Assembly: GCA_010909165.1 (NCBI GenBank)
Contig: MU008175.1
Location: 558,001-622,000 of the forward strand
Reading direction: 5' to 3'
DNA: 64,000 nt
Origin: Anthoceros angustus
Taxonomy: Eukaryota > Plantae > Anthocerotophyta
Both the position numbers and the translations under genes were made by a program. Positions within the stretch are counted from its first letter, which is position 1. Each line of letters opens with the position of its first letter. Positions 36,291 through 48,512 of this stretch are shown piece after piece. The notes below the pieces were generated by a model. It saw only the letters and a program-made list of their open reading frames with translations. It was not told the origin of the DNA and did not search any database.

Positions 36291-39200
36291 ACATAACTGC
36301 AGGAGGCACACAAATGTCACAGAATTGGGTCGAGGCCTCTTCTTGCATGATAGTGTAGAGGGCTTCGGGCTCTTGCCCTGCTCGGCATATCCTGCTATCA
36401 TGGCGTTCCACGTCACTGTATCTTTTTACCAGCCCTATCAAACACCCTCTGAGCATCCTCTGCTGCCACACTTTGCATACATGTTTATCAAACTGTTGGT
36501 CACAAACATATCATTTTCATGCCCTTCTTTGATGTCTGCATGAAGTTTCCTCCCCTCTCTAATGCGGGCCTCCCACACTTGCACATGCCTGCAGGAGGCA
36601 CAAATGTGAATTGGGTATATGAGGCCTTCTTCTTGCATAGCAATGTAAAGACTAAGAGTTTTTTCGCCCCGGCTGTGCTGGGAATATCCAGCCATTAAGG
36701 CAGTCCATGTGACCACATCTTTGGCACCAAGTCCATCAAATACTCTCTGGGCGTCCTCAAGGCTGCCACACTTTACATACATGTTTACCAAGCTGTTGGC
36801 AATGGACACATCAGCTAAATGTCCTCCTTCTCTGATTTGTGCATGAAGCTGCTTTCCCTGGTCCAAAGCTGGGTCACGCAGACTTGCACATGCCTGGAGG
36901 AGACAGACGAACGTCATAGAATCAGGTAAAGCAGTGCCTCCTTCCTGCATAAGACTGTACAGATGAAGGGCTTCCTGGCCCATGCCCTGTTGGGAATACC
37001 CTGCTATCATGATATTCCATGTCAGCACATCTTTTTGACCAAGTCTGTCAAACGCTCTCCGAGCAGCTTCAAGGTTGCCACACTTTGCATACATGTTTAC
37101 CAAACTGTTAGCTACAAACACATCAGCTTCATGTCCTCCTTCTCTAATTTGCACATGAAGCTGCTTCCCCTTCTCCAAAGCTGGGCTGCCCACACTTGCA
37201 CATGCCTGCAGGAGGCACACAAATGTCACAGAATCGGTACAACCATCCCTTCTTCTTGCATTACCTGTAGAGATAAGGGCTTCCTGGCCCATGCCCTGCT
37301 GGGAATAACCTGCAATAAGAGAAGTCCACGTCACAACCTCCTTCTGATGAAGACCGTTAAACACTGCCTGAGCATCTTCCAAGCCACCGCACTTTGCATA
37401 CATGTTCACCAATCCGCTGGCTATAAACATATCCGATTGATGTCCTCCTTCATAGATTTGTGCATGAAGATGCCTCCCTTCCACCAAAGCTGTGGTCCCC
37501 ATGCTTGCACATGCCTGCAGGAGAGACACAAATGTTGCGGAATTGGGTAAACTAGTGCCATTTTCTTGCATCACACTGTACAGACGAAGGGCTTCCTGCC
37601 AGACTCCCTGCTGGGAATATCCTGCTATCATGGCATTCCATGTCAGCACATCCTTTTGACGGCCATTAAACACAGTCTGAGCTTCCAAGCTGCCACACTT
37701 TGAATACATATTTACTAAGCTGCTGGCTAGAAATGCATCCACTTGATGTCCTCGATCATTAATTTGCGCATGAAGCTCCTTCCCCTTCTCCAAACCAGGG
37801 ATGCCCATGCTTGCACATGCCTGCAGGAGGCATGCAAATGTCACAGAATCAGGTGAAGCACCACCCTTGTCTTCCATATGGCCATAGAGACAAAGGGCTT
37901 CCTGACCCATGCCCTGCTGAGAATATCCTGCTATCATGGTATTCCATGTCACCACGTCCTTTTGACTAAGTCCATTAAACACTCCCTGAGCATCCTCCAA
38001 GCTGCCACACTTTATATACATATTCACCAGACTGTTTCCTACAAACAAGTCAGTTTGATGTCCTCCTTCTCTAATTTGCGCATGAAGCTTCTTCCCACTC
38101 TCCAAAGCTGAGTGGCCCATGCTTGCACATGCCTGCAGGAGGCTCACAAATGTCACAGAATCGGGTGCAACGAGGACATCCTGCATAGCCTTATAGAGAC
38201 GCAGGGCTTCCTGGCCCATGCCCTGCTGAGAATATCCTGCTATCATGGCGTTCCACGTCACCACATCCTTGTGAGCAAGTTCATCAAACACGCTTTTAGC
38301 ATCTTCCAAGCTGCCACACTTGGCGTACATGGTCACCAAACTGTTGGCCACAGTTAAAACCGCTTGATGTCCTCGCTCTCTAATTTGTGCATGAAGCTCC
38401 TTTCCCTTCTCCAAAGCTGGACTTCCCATACTTGCACATGCCTGCAGAAGGCATAGAAATGTCACAGAATTGGGAACAATGACGTCATCATTCTGCATAC
38501 TCATGTACAGAAGGAAGGCTTCGTGGACCATGCCCTGCTGGGAATACCCTGCAATCATGGAATTCCACGATACCAAATCTTTTTGACGGAGCCCGTCAAA
38601 TACAGCCTGAGCATCCTCTAGGCCGCCACACTTTGCATACATGTTTACCAGACCATTGCAAACGGACACATCAGTTTGATGTCCTCGTTCTCTAATGTGT
38701 GCATGAAGCTCCTTCCCCTTCTCCAACGCCAGGGTGCCTACACTTCCACAAGCCTGAAGGAGGCACACAAACGTCACAACATCCGGTGCGACAATGCCTT
38801 CATCTTGCATAACCCTGTACAGACTCAAAGCTTCCTGTCCCTGGCCGTGCTGGGAATACCCTCCTATCATGGCATTCCACGTTACCACATTTTTCTTCCC
38901 AAGCCCGTCAAACACACCCCGAGCATTCTCTAAGGTGCCACACTTTGCATACATGTCTACCAAGCCACTACAAACGAACAAGTCAGGCTCAACGCCACTG
39001 GCCAACACATCAGCATGCACCTGCTGCCCCGTCCCCAAGTCTGATCCCCTTGCACAAGCCTGGAGAGCTGTCACAAACACATGGCCATCTGACTTCACAC
39101 CTGACCTGCGCATCCGATGATACAGTTCTACAGCCTGCTTGTCTTGTCCATATTTGACATGCGCAGAAATGATGGCAGACCAGGTGAATGCATCCGGGTT

Positions 39201-39767
39201 TCCAACCACTGCAAACACATCCATCGCGTCTTGCAACCTGCCATGAGAAGCATACATTCGCAGGATATGGTTGCCAAGGAACGTGTCCGATTCGTACCCC
39301 TTTACCACCGCAAAAGCATGCAGGCGACGACCCAGAACAAGATCCTTCTGGACAACACATTTCTTCAGGACAGTATAAAACAGAGATCTGGAAACACGAC
39401 CATCTGTCTGCACCAGAACTCCCAGAGCCTCAACACCCTCAGTCACATGACCCTGATCACACAGCTCGCGCACGGTTTCAGCCGATACGCCCCTTTCATA
39501 TCCTGCGGGCCTGCAAGGGGTAGGATCATCCGGCAAGCTCCACCTGGATTTAGAATCACCAGGACCTATCGCCCACCAAGGTATTGGGTCCCAAGACACT
39601 TGTGGCCGGGAAGGCCCGTCCCCAGCCAGGCATGCTCTTCCACGGGCAGGCTTTCTTGCAACGGTGCTGCACCTGGCTGTTCGATGCTTTGCCAGTGGCT
39701 GGTTTCTGAACATCAGGTAAGCTGGAGCTCTTCCTACGATTCCTGATACCAAGCTCCAGCCAACCAT
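36283..39767 (-). CDS. N-terminal part of the long PLS-PPR gene (copy C), truncated by the duplication junction
   Basis: ORF 36438-39866; the first ATG in frame is 39767 (MVGWSLVSG...). 36283-38253 duplicates 29474-31471 and 38253-39767 is unique. The reconstructed gene is roughly 1600 aa. Confidence 0.85.
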
Positions 39768-41140
39768 GGCTCGCTGGAGCACGTCCCGGGGGACCGACAG
39801 GAGTACGATCTCAGCATGGCGAGAGCTGCAGCCTGCGTCTGCAAGCCTAAATTTGGACAGGCTCACTGCAGCATCGTGAGCACTGACACCGTTGTTGGTG
39901 GCCCAAGGTTGGTTGAAACTGCCAGGATTCTTTCAGTGAACTTGAACATCTCTCAGCACCTGAGGCCATCTCCAGTTGGAGCGACTGGAGATGGCCCTAT
40001 GTCAATTCATCTCTGTTCACCATGCATACTGCAAATGATTTACACTGACAGGCAGCATAGAACGAACTGTCGGAACAAGATAGCCTCGTGGACCCTGTTT
40101 TGGCCATTACACTGGGAAGAACAGATTACACTCGTCTGGGACGCATAGCCCCGTTGTGCCCTGACGAGGCCCCCATTAAAGTCGATGGTCATCATACAAG
40201 CCAATCGAGAGATACCCATGCTAATGTGAGTAAATACCCGTGTATGTAAATACGAAGTTTTCTCAACTGGCTGGGCTAGAATTTTTAAAAGCCGAACGGA
40301 TGAATGAAATGGTGAGCCGTTCTGTTTGAGCTGTGATTTGTTCCCAAGATAGTGATCCGGGCACCCAGCTTAGGCAAAACATGAGCTGCCTTTTTTTACG
40401 AAGAATTAAGCCAAGGCTAGATCCTAGGTATGACAAGAAATCATGTTAAGGTTGTGGGTATTCTGGGGTTAAGGATACATGGAAAGTAGGGTTAAGGATA
40501 CATGGAAAGTAGGGTTACAGATGCAAAGCATAGCAAAGCAAACTTAGGTGCTGTTTTCTTTCTGGCGGTAGGGATGCAGTTAGAGATCCAAGATTTATTA
40601 GATGTTGGATGAGATTTTCGATAAGACATTCTGGAACATAGTTCGCCAACTCACCGCGCCCTTCCTAATATACGGCTTTTCACGATGCATATATTGGTGT
40701 GGATAGAATCACCCATTTCGTTTTATATAAAGATTCCTTGTCTATTTGTAAAAGAAAAGATATTAAAATATCTTAAAACTTTGTAAGCCTTAGAAATACC
40801 TGAGTCCATTACTTTCATTTTCTCGAAGATTGTTCACAAATATCTTTTATTTTCTACTATTTATTTTACGTTTTATTCTCTCAAAACTTCTTACTACTTT
40901 GGATAGTTAATGCATTATGCTGAACATTCATAAAGGTTGATGAGGATTTAGACAGTTTGAGGTTTGAAATAATAGAAATTGTAAGTCAAGTACAAATGGG
41001 AATGTATGATACATTTTGAATAGTATTTCTCAAGCTCATGCTGTAGATCTTATACTCTCATAGGGCCATTCACCAATCAACATTGTTTGAGAGACACTCA
41101 TGAAAACAACATGAAAGGCAACAATCGTTGTTATCAACAT

Positions 41141-44100
41141 ATGAATCTCATGATGGTATCAGTGTTAGTTATTATCACCAAACTTCATTTTGCAGAAGGT
41201 AATTAATTTGTGTTTTAGTATGAATACGTTTCAAGGTCCCATGTGATCTTGTGTTCACTTGTGTTTAGCTCCTGTACCTATCATAAATTTGACTGATTAA
41301 GAGGTTATATGCTTAGCACTTGACTAATTAATAAGCTACATGCCTAACATGGTTCAATGTGAAACTACATTAGACTGACAAAGTATTGAATTCAAGCACA
41401 GTAATTGACTCCTTCAAGATTGCAGGTGAATGTAACGTGTACCCATATACTATCATGCGAGGTATACCTCAAGCTGATACCACTACTCATAGCTTAGTTC
41501 AATGTAATGAGTTTTGCAACAAAGAACAATGCCTAGTATTTACCTTCAACAAAGAAGGTTCATGTATATTATTTCCGAGTATTTCTTCTGACCCACAACG
41601 TGATGACATAACAACAACTGTTACTAAGATAGGTAAGTATCAGTTGAACAAGAAAGCCTTGAATATGTTCGTGCAATTGTTTGAAATCACCTAGTGTATT
41701 GATCTGCTCTAACTTTTTGTAGATCCAAATGACACTTGCGTAACATGGAAGGTGTTTTGAAAGAAACAAAGTATGAATAAAAATCTTCTATTACTAGTAA
41801 TTTGTACAAAATAAATAGAGAGATTAATTATGTATTAGTCCTTCAAAATATTTCCTAATGCACGTTTTAGTAGAGTTATATATTATCATGCATCTAAATA
41901 AATATAAAATATATACTATAATAATTAACATCAATTTAAATATACATCAGTTTCTTTTGCTCCTATGATAAATAAAGAGACTAAAAACATGATATAACAT
42001 TATAAATCTTACAATTCAAAAAATTTTATATAAAGCATTTCCTAAATTGTAGACAGAAGTTCGGATATTTAATTTTGAGACGTATAATTAAAATATTTAA
42101 TTTAATATCTTAATATTTTTATTTTTATTATTCTAGAATCTAACTTTTTTCCGTTTTAGACTACTTTGTGCTTTATGAACTTGGATTGGAGTGCAATAGA
42201 AAGCAACAAATTAGAGTTATACGAGTTCGAGATAACTTCTCGATTGTATACTAGCCAAATTAAAAGAATGAGTGTTGAAGTATATTCTTTGTGCTGATAG
42301 TAATAGCTTAAAGGGAATTTCTAGTTTTACATTATCTAAGCATCTTTTTCAGATATCGATCTAGATATTTTCTACAAAAATGGGTTCATCCCGTCTCATC
42401 TCTACGTGTACAATAAAACGGTAGGACTCTATTTAGACGACATTTCATTCACTCATGTGATATTGTTTGCAGGATAATTGAATAGATTATTTAACTCAAT
42501 TTTATATCATTACCAACCAATATGAAAGAATGTCGAAGTAGTGATCACATAAAGTTTGGAGTTAAACAAGCTTTAATTTTTTTTATTATTATATCATATG
42601 CAAAACGTTTACAAGGTAGCTTTTAATAACAATGAATATGATTAATCTACTAGAAACTATAAGATTTTAAACTCAATCCATCATGTAAACAAAAATAAGA
42701 GCGAATAACTTGTATGTTGGATGATCAATGCAGGGGAATGTAATGTATATTTATACACGACAATGACTGGTATTCCTAGTTCAAGTGCTTGGACGGATAC
42801 TATAAAAAGATGTAATGAATTTTGTCATGAATATCAGTGTCTAGTATACACATTTAACTCCTTCGGCACTTGCATTGTCTTTGATCAAATTTCATCTGTC
42901 CCTGAAAAAGATCCTAATACAACTACTGTAACAAAACTTGGTAAGTATTCTTCCGCATTAGCACAATTAAATTACATTGAATATTGATGGAATGTTCATG
43001 CGTAATAATCGATAATTACATATCATATTGTAGACTATCACGACCTTTGTTCAGTATGGAAACTCTATTAAAAGAAACGCGCACTTGTTTTGGGAATATT
43101 TGAAGCTCTTGAGTTTTACAACTTAAACACGGGTAAATAGTTTTTCCATATAAGTATATACACCTATGTATGATTTAAATCAATCTCTTCAAATGACCGT
43201 TCATTAACTTTTACTTTTTGTATTGTATACTTGGAACTTTTTGAAATATAGTTTTTGCTAAAAATAGGAGAGAGGTCCAAGTCTTCATATCTATTTCCAT
43301 CAAAAAATGAGCCTCACATTTGAAATCTCCAAAAAGGAAGCTCATATGGCTGTTGTCCTCAAGAACACAAACACAACAATTACATATGTTGTCATGCCTT
43401 CTTGTCCTTCCAACCTATAATCTCTCTAAAAACTCGACGTCAACCAACATCGTTGCAAAAAAGCAACAATATACCACAATCCATGAGCACATTAATTTAT
43501 CCAAGAATTCCTTTTATGCTACAATATTTTAATTATTTATTTTATGTCACTTGGAAATGTGTTTTCTTGTTTTGGACCAATAAGTTCCTCACATATTGGA
43601 TTCTATTGATAGAAACCATATTCTAGTGCAAATACTCAACTGAAATATGCTATTTTGAATAAAATAACTCTACGGAATTTTTGAATATTTTTGAAAATGT
43701 AAGTCCTTCTCACTTGAAGGTTTTATGAACCGTCATTTGCAAATTTTCTTGGAACAAGATCTTTTAACAGTATTGCGAGCTTGAAAACGGTGAAACTGAT
43801 TACTAGTTCAATCTTCATCTCTTGATCAATTTGAAACCCATCCATTGTGGAATAAGAAGACATTGCAATTCGATTTGACTTATCTATGACGATTTGGCAT
43901 GGTTCCATAACAATCATTGTCTTTTTTACTTTTTTATTTCCTTTAATAAAAGGTAACTATGATCAATTTTACATTCTTTTTATGAATTACAAATGGAACT
44001 CTTGCGCTTATATATTGTTAATTGGCAGGTGATTGTACCTTATATCCTTTCAAAGAGATGGATGGGGTCTCTGATGGAGAATACGTCACCTCAGATATTG

Positions 44101-44393
44101 GTTCTTGTAATCGAGCTTGTAAGCAAACCGGTTGTTTGGTGTTCAAATACTACTCAGGAGGAGCTTGCATTGTGTATTCAGCAATCTCTTCCGCTCCAGT
44201 ATCTAAGGACCATGTAGTACTAGTGACAAAATCCGGTAAGCTTTTCTTCTTTTTTTTCATTCGTTCATTAAATAGAAAAATATTAATTCATAAATTTATT
44301 GTATTCATAAAGTATATATCTATGTTCTGACATATATCTATTTATCTGTCTACAGATGATATGGACGATTGCAATGTATGGAAAGTCATGTGA
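41141..44393 (+). CDS. Secreted Cys-rich protein with three PAN/apple-like modules (238 aa; 248 aa from ATG 41111)
   Basis: Exons 41141-41198 (hydrophobic leader MNLMMVSVLVIITKLHFAEG), 41426-41632, 42734-42940, 44029-44235 (each 207 nt, phase 1-1, Cx3C...CxxFxF...CxL pattern) and 44356-44393. All junctions are GT-AG and the spliced frame is open. Confidence 0.8.
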
Positions 44394-44867
44394 AGAAATA
44401 GATAGAGAAATTGAGGAAACAATGGACAAAATATAAACCTAGAACATATATTTGAGAGTAAAGTCCTATCTATATATTTGCAAAACATAAACCTCAAACA
44501 TACATTTGATAAAATAGTTCAACTCTTCTGAAAAAACATGAAGCTCCACAGGTCTACCAAAAGTGGAGGGAGACCTTGATGAATTATTGCAAGTGTAAAC
44601 ACAACTCAACCTGCCACTTTCGTGGCAGGTTAAGAATCACGCCAAATCTTAGCGTTCCTTGTATTGTCATGTTCTTGAGTTAACATTGAAGAACTCTCTC
44701 CAAGAAATGGTTATCTCATAGAAGATATGCATAGGTGATTGTTCTCTTATAGGTTATCTATTCTGGTCTTTGGGTTTGTTTATGGTGAAGCAAAAGAACC
44801 CTTCACCCAAAGATTAAACTAGATAGATTGTCTAAAAGTAGTCCAATGGAGTGTCTAAAAGGAATAC

Positions 44868-45077
44868 TGTAATGGTCATGGGGCTAGGTTGAGCGGACCT
44901 ACACCCGGGAACGGTTCCACGCAAAGAAGATGTTTTGCTTAAGTTGAGCCGCGGGCTTTATACAAGGAAAAGACACAATCACGGGCCCTGATTGCGCCGT
45001 CTACTTGGCGCGTATCCTTCGGCCCGTGATTCTAGTTACTATGCTTTCCCGACACGCTTAGGTCATGGGTCGTGACA
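44868..45077 (-). repeat. 3' LTR (210 bp)
   Basis: TGTAATGG...CGTGACA; near-identical to 52119-52332. Confidence 0.95.
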
Positions 45078-46231
45078 ACTCACCTCGGGGGGAAGAAGAA
45101 GCTTCGACCACGAAGGGAGGAAGTGGAAGGCGGTGTTGGTGAAGGTACGGTCGCAAGATATCGGGAGCGTTCGTGAGGTGAGCCAAGGGTTCCCAGGTGG
45201 CATCGGTGAGGGGATACCCCTTCCACAGGACCAAGAATTGGTAGCGACGACGCACAAGGCGATGACGTAAAATAGCCTCGACTTCGAATTCGGGCCCAGG
45301 CGGTGGGAATGGGGGCGGGGCGGGGGCGAGGGGGGTACGAAAGGGTTTGAGAGAGAGACGTGAAAAAGGGATGCAGGTGGGGAGGGAGGCGAGCTCAAAA
45401 GCATGAGGGCCAATCGGCAAGGATCCGTAGGGACCTAGGCAGGGAGGCTTGCGAACACCAAGAGAGGGGAAGGTGAGGCAGGCGAGAACATACATCGGCA
45501 CATGAAGGAGTGCGGCGGTGACAATTGGCACAGCACGCCGGTGGGCTTCAGGCGCGCTGAGCTGTTGAATGGTGAGGCGGCGAGCCAGGAACTCTGTAGC
45601 AGTGGGGATAGCAGGGTGAGCGGGGAGGGAGGTGGAGAGACAGGTGCGTGGATGAAAGCCTTTGTTGAAGAGGAACGGGTAGACACCAATAGAGCTGTTG
45701 GGGGCGTTATTGTAGGCAAACTCCGCAAAGTGCAAGTAGGTGGCCCATTGGTCCTGGTGAGTGCCAGCATATGCCCGCAACATATCCTCAAGAACCTGAT
45801 TGGCCTGTTCTGTGGCCCCGTCGGTCTGGGGGTGGAAGGCTGTGGAAAAACAGAGCTTAGTGTGAAGTCCCGCATGTAAAGCCTGCCAGAACCTGGACGT
45901 GAAGCGAGGGTCGCGATCACTTACAATAGAGCGGGGTAAGCCATGCGCACGATAGACAACCTTAAGGAAGATATCGGCAGTCTGCTCCGCGGTACAGGTA
46001 TCCTGCGTAGGATGAAGAAGAACGTGGCGAGTGAGCTTATCGGTGAAAACAATAATAGCATTGAAGCCTTCGACAGTCCGCGGAAGACTGGTGATGAAAT
46101 CAAGTGTCACCTGCTCCCAAGGCATCAAAGACTGGTAAGGGTTGGAGAAGGTCGGCAGGTACTTGCCTCGAAGGTTTGTTATGCTGACAAGCTGAGCATA
46201 AAGTGACGTAGTCAACAGTGTTTCTCAGCAT

Positions 46232-48512
46232 AGGGGTTTGTCTCCGAACCCCATTTTGGCCCCAACCATACAGAAATGCACATGTCTCATTTCACTTTTT
46301 GATTTGCGAACCCAGCCATGCATCCGAGCCCAAAGAAGACCTAATGCCCGTCCGTCACAAATGACGGACACACCTTTGTACCAAGTGGGGATGGTGGCGC
46401 ACTTATGCTCCAAAGAGCTGGAGTGCACGTCCCGGCACTTATACTCAAAGAGGTGCAATACACGGGTTTGGAGAGGGTTGCGTCAATACTTGTGTAGGCA
46501 AGCACTTTCGTTCAAGTTGCTTGTGCACACTTGCTACCGCACCAACACTCACATCAATTCTCTTTTCAAACCCGTGATTCGAGCAATCCGCACGGTGGCA
46601 TACCTCGACTGGCCCCTCTGTCGGAGATAAGCCCTTAGATCTGCGGCATTGGGCCCGGCAGAATTGGACAAGGTAAAGGATGGTGAGGCCTCCTCAACCG
46701 TTCTTGATCAAACTCTTGAGCTTACATTTCTTCTTGTCAAGTCCGTCGCTTTCAACCTTAATCTATCCATGGGTGGCACATGGAGCAAGTCGATCTTAAA
46801 TTCAAAATCTCCTGGCGAGCTTGGCTATAGTTCTCTGAACACCTAGCGCCCGCAGTGCGTCACGGTGGGTATAGACAGGTCCTCCTTGAGCCTCACTAAA
46901 TACTCGCCATTTGGTCAAAACCCCATTTCGGGCGACCCTCTTTCTTCGATACTCTGGCTCTCACTAGGGCTCGGTGGCAGCAGATGCTCTCTTATGCTTG
47001 TGTTTCTACATCCGAGGCTTTCATTACTCAAGGAAAAATCATCTATTCTATTTATTTTCTTGCTTCTCGCAAAACATTGTGAAACATTGTCGTCTTCAAA
47101 AGGTTGGCCATTAGAAACCACCATCATACATGTCGAATTTTGGAAAATGTAGCTCATCTAGAAACCAAGGCCTATGCATCTACGTGCATCAAACTCGAAT
47201 GAGCGGACATTTGGCGCACCAATCAAAAGAGATCCATTGCAAGTCATCGGAAGGGCACATAGAGTAAGGCCAAAAGGTTTTACATGTTGTATACAAAGCG
47301 AATGTGGGAATATAACATCAACCAACAAATGATTTTCAAAATAATATTCATGACTTTACTAGATACCGGATGATTTACAAATTTTTCAAACCACTAAAAT
47401 CAACACTCCATCCTAGTATTGATACCTCTAGGTTGCTTAAGATGGAGTTGTTACAAAGTTTTCAAAGCGCCAAAAAAAGCAAACCATCCTAGTTCTAATC
47501 CAACCCAAGAGTGCATAACCAGTTCTCAAAGCACCAAAGTCAAGCACCCCATCCAGTACTGATCCGAGGGGCTTAACCTTGAGTTCTTATGCCATTGAGT
47601 CTATGCACCTATCCGATGTTTCTACAAGACAAACAATAAATATACATGGGACGTCCGGCGCATCCACTCCACCATTTCCATCTCGCGGACGCCCACAAGA
47701 TTGGGGTCTCTCTCTCAATCGCCGGACGTCCGTAGAGCTCCAATGTGCGACGTCCGGCGCATTGTTCCAATTCCTTCTATGTTTTCACTCTTTTCACTCT
47801 GGAGATCCGGGGTTGTGTACTCAATGCACGACGTCGGCGCTACTTTTAGAGTCGTAGTTTGGTCCTCTCGAGATGGCCATGATCGCTATCGGTTAATGTT
47901 CTCTCACAATTCGCGGACGTCCGGCGCGACTCGCCAATGTGCGAGCGTCCGCATTGCTCCAATTCCCTGTTTTCACTCTTTTCACTCTAACAATGGAGAT
48001 CCGGGGTTGTGTACTCACGTGCAGGGCGTCAGCGCTACTTTCTAGAGTCGTAGTTTGGTCCTCTCGAGATGGCCATGATCGCTATCGGTTAATGTTCTCT
48101 CACAATTGCGGACGTCCGTGTGGTTGCTCTTTTACTGCAATTGCTACTTTTGCGTGTTGGTTGCGGACGTCCGTAGCAGTTTCTCTTGGACTAATTTTGT
48201 TTGGTTTTGCTCACCTCACGCTAGGAAGTACTATCGCTGAAGAGGTGTTTAGGATTCCTAGCACCTATTAAAATCCTTGAAATCCCTTCCTTGTGAAGGT
48301 GAAATCCATGAACCTTCTTGGCTTCAACCTATTAGCGTAAGTATTCACGAGAAAATAACATGGTCAATGTCTTTCTTTACATGTCTAAAGAGTGGTTTTG
48401 CTAAAGATGATGCATTTGGCCCGTTTTGGGGTCATTTTGGTCTTTAGGGACCCAAACCCCTTTAATGGAGAATAACCCTATCTTTGAGACACCTGTCGCC
48501 GGACATCGTTGA
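46232..48512. mobile_element. 2.28-kb nested insertion without TSD, with a terminal hairpin (Helitron-like candidate)
   Basis: Removing it restores integrase YFWPS-MLRNTVDYVTLC exactly. Hairpin ggggtt-N8-aacccc at the left end; caaacccct at 48453-48461. Confidence 0.7.
47757..48119. repeat. Two ~165-bp tandem copies plus repeated CGGACGTCCG palindromes
   Basis: 47757-47920 aligns with 47950-48119. The ggacgtcc core recurs near 47650, 47723, 47915, 48110 and 48165. Confidence 0.85.

Noticed and set aside
28724-39746. Plus-strand ORFs up to 209 aa over the PPR copies
   Set aside because: Antisense shadows that repeat with the PPR period.
40466-40516. 23-bp tandem duplication containing GGGTTA
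   Set aside because: Two copies only and not a telomeric array; likely slippage.
40620-44520. Bacterial contamination or bacterial HGT as the source of the AT-rich island
   Set aside because: The gene has canonical spliceosomal introns with conserved phase. A eukaryotic foreign origin remains open.
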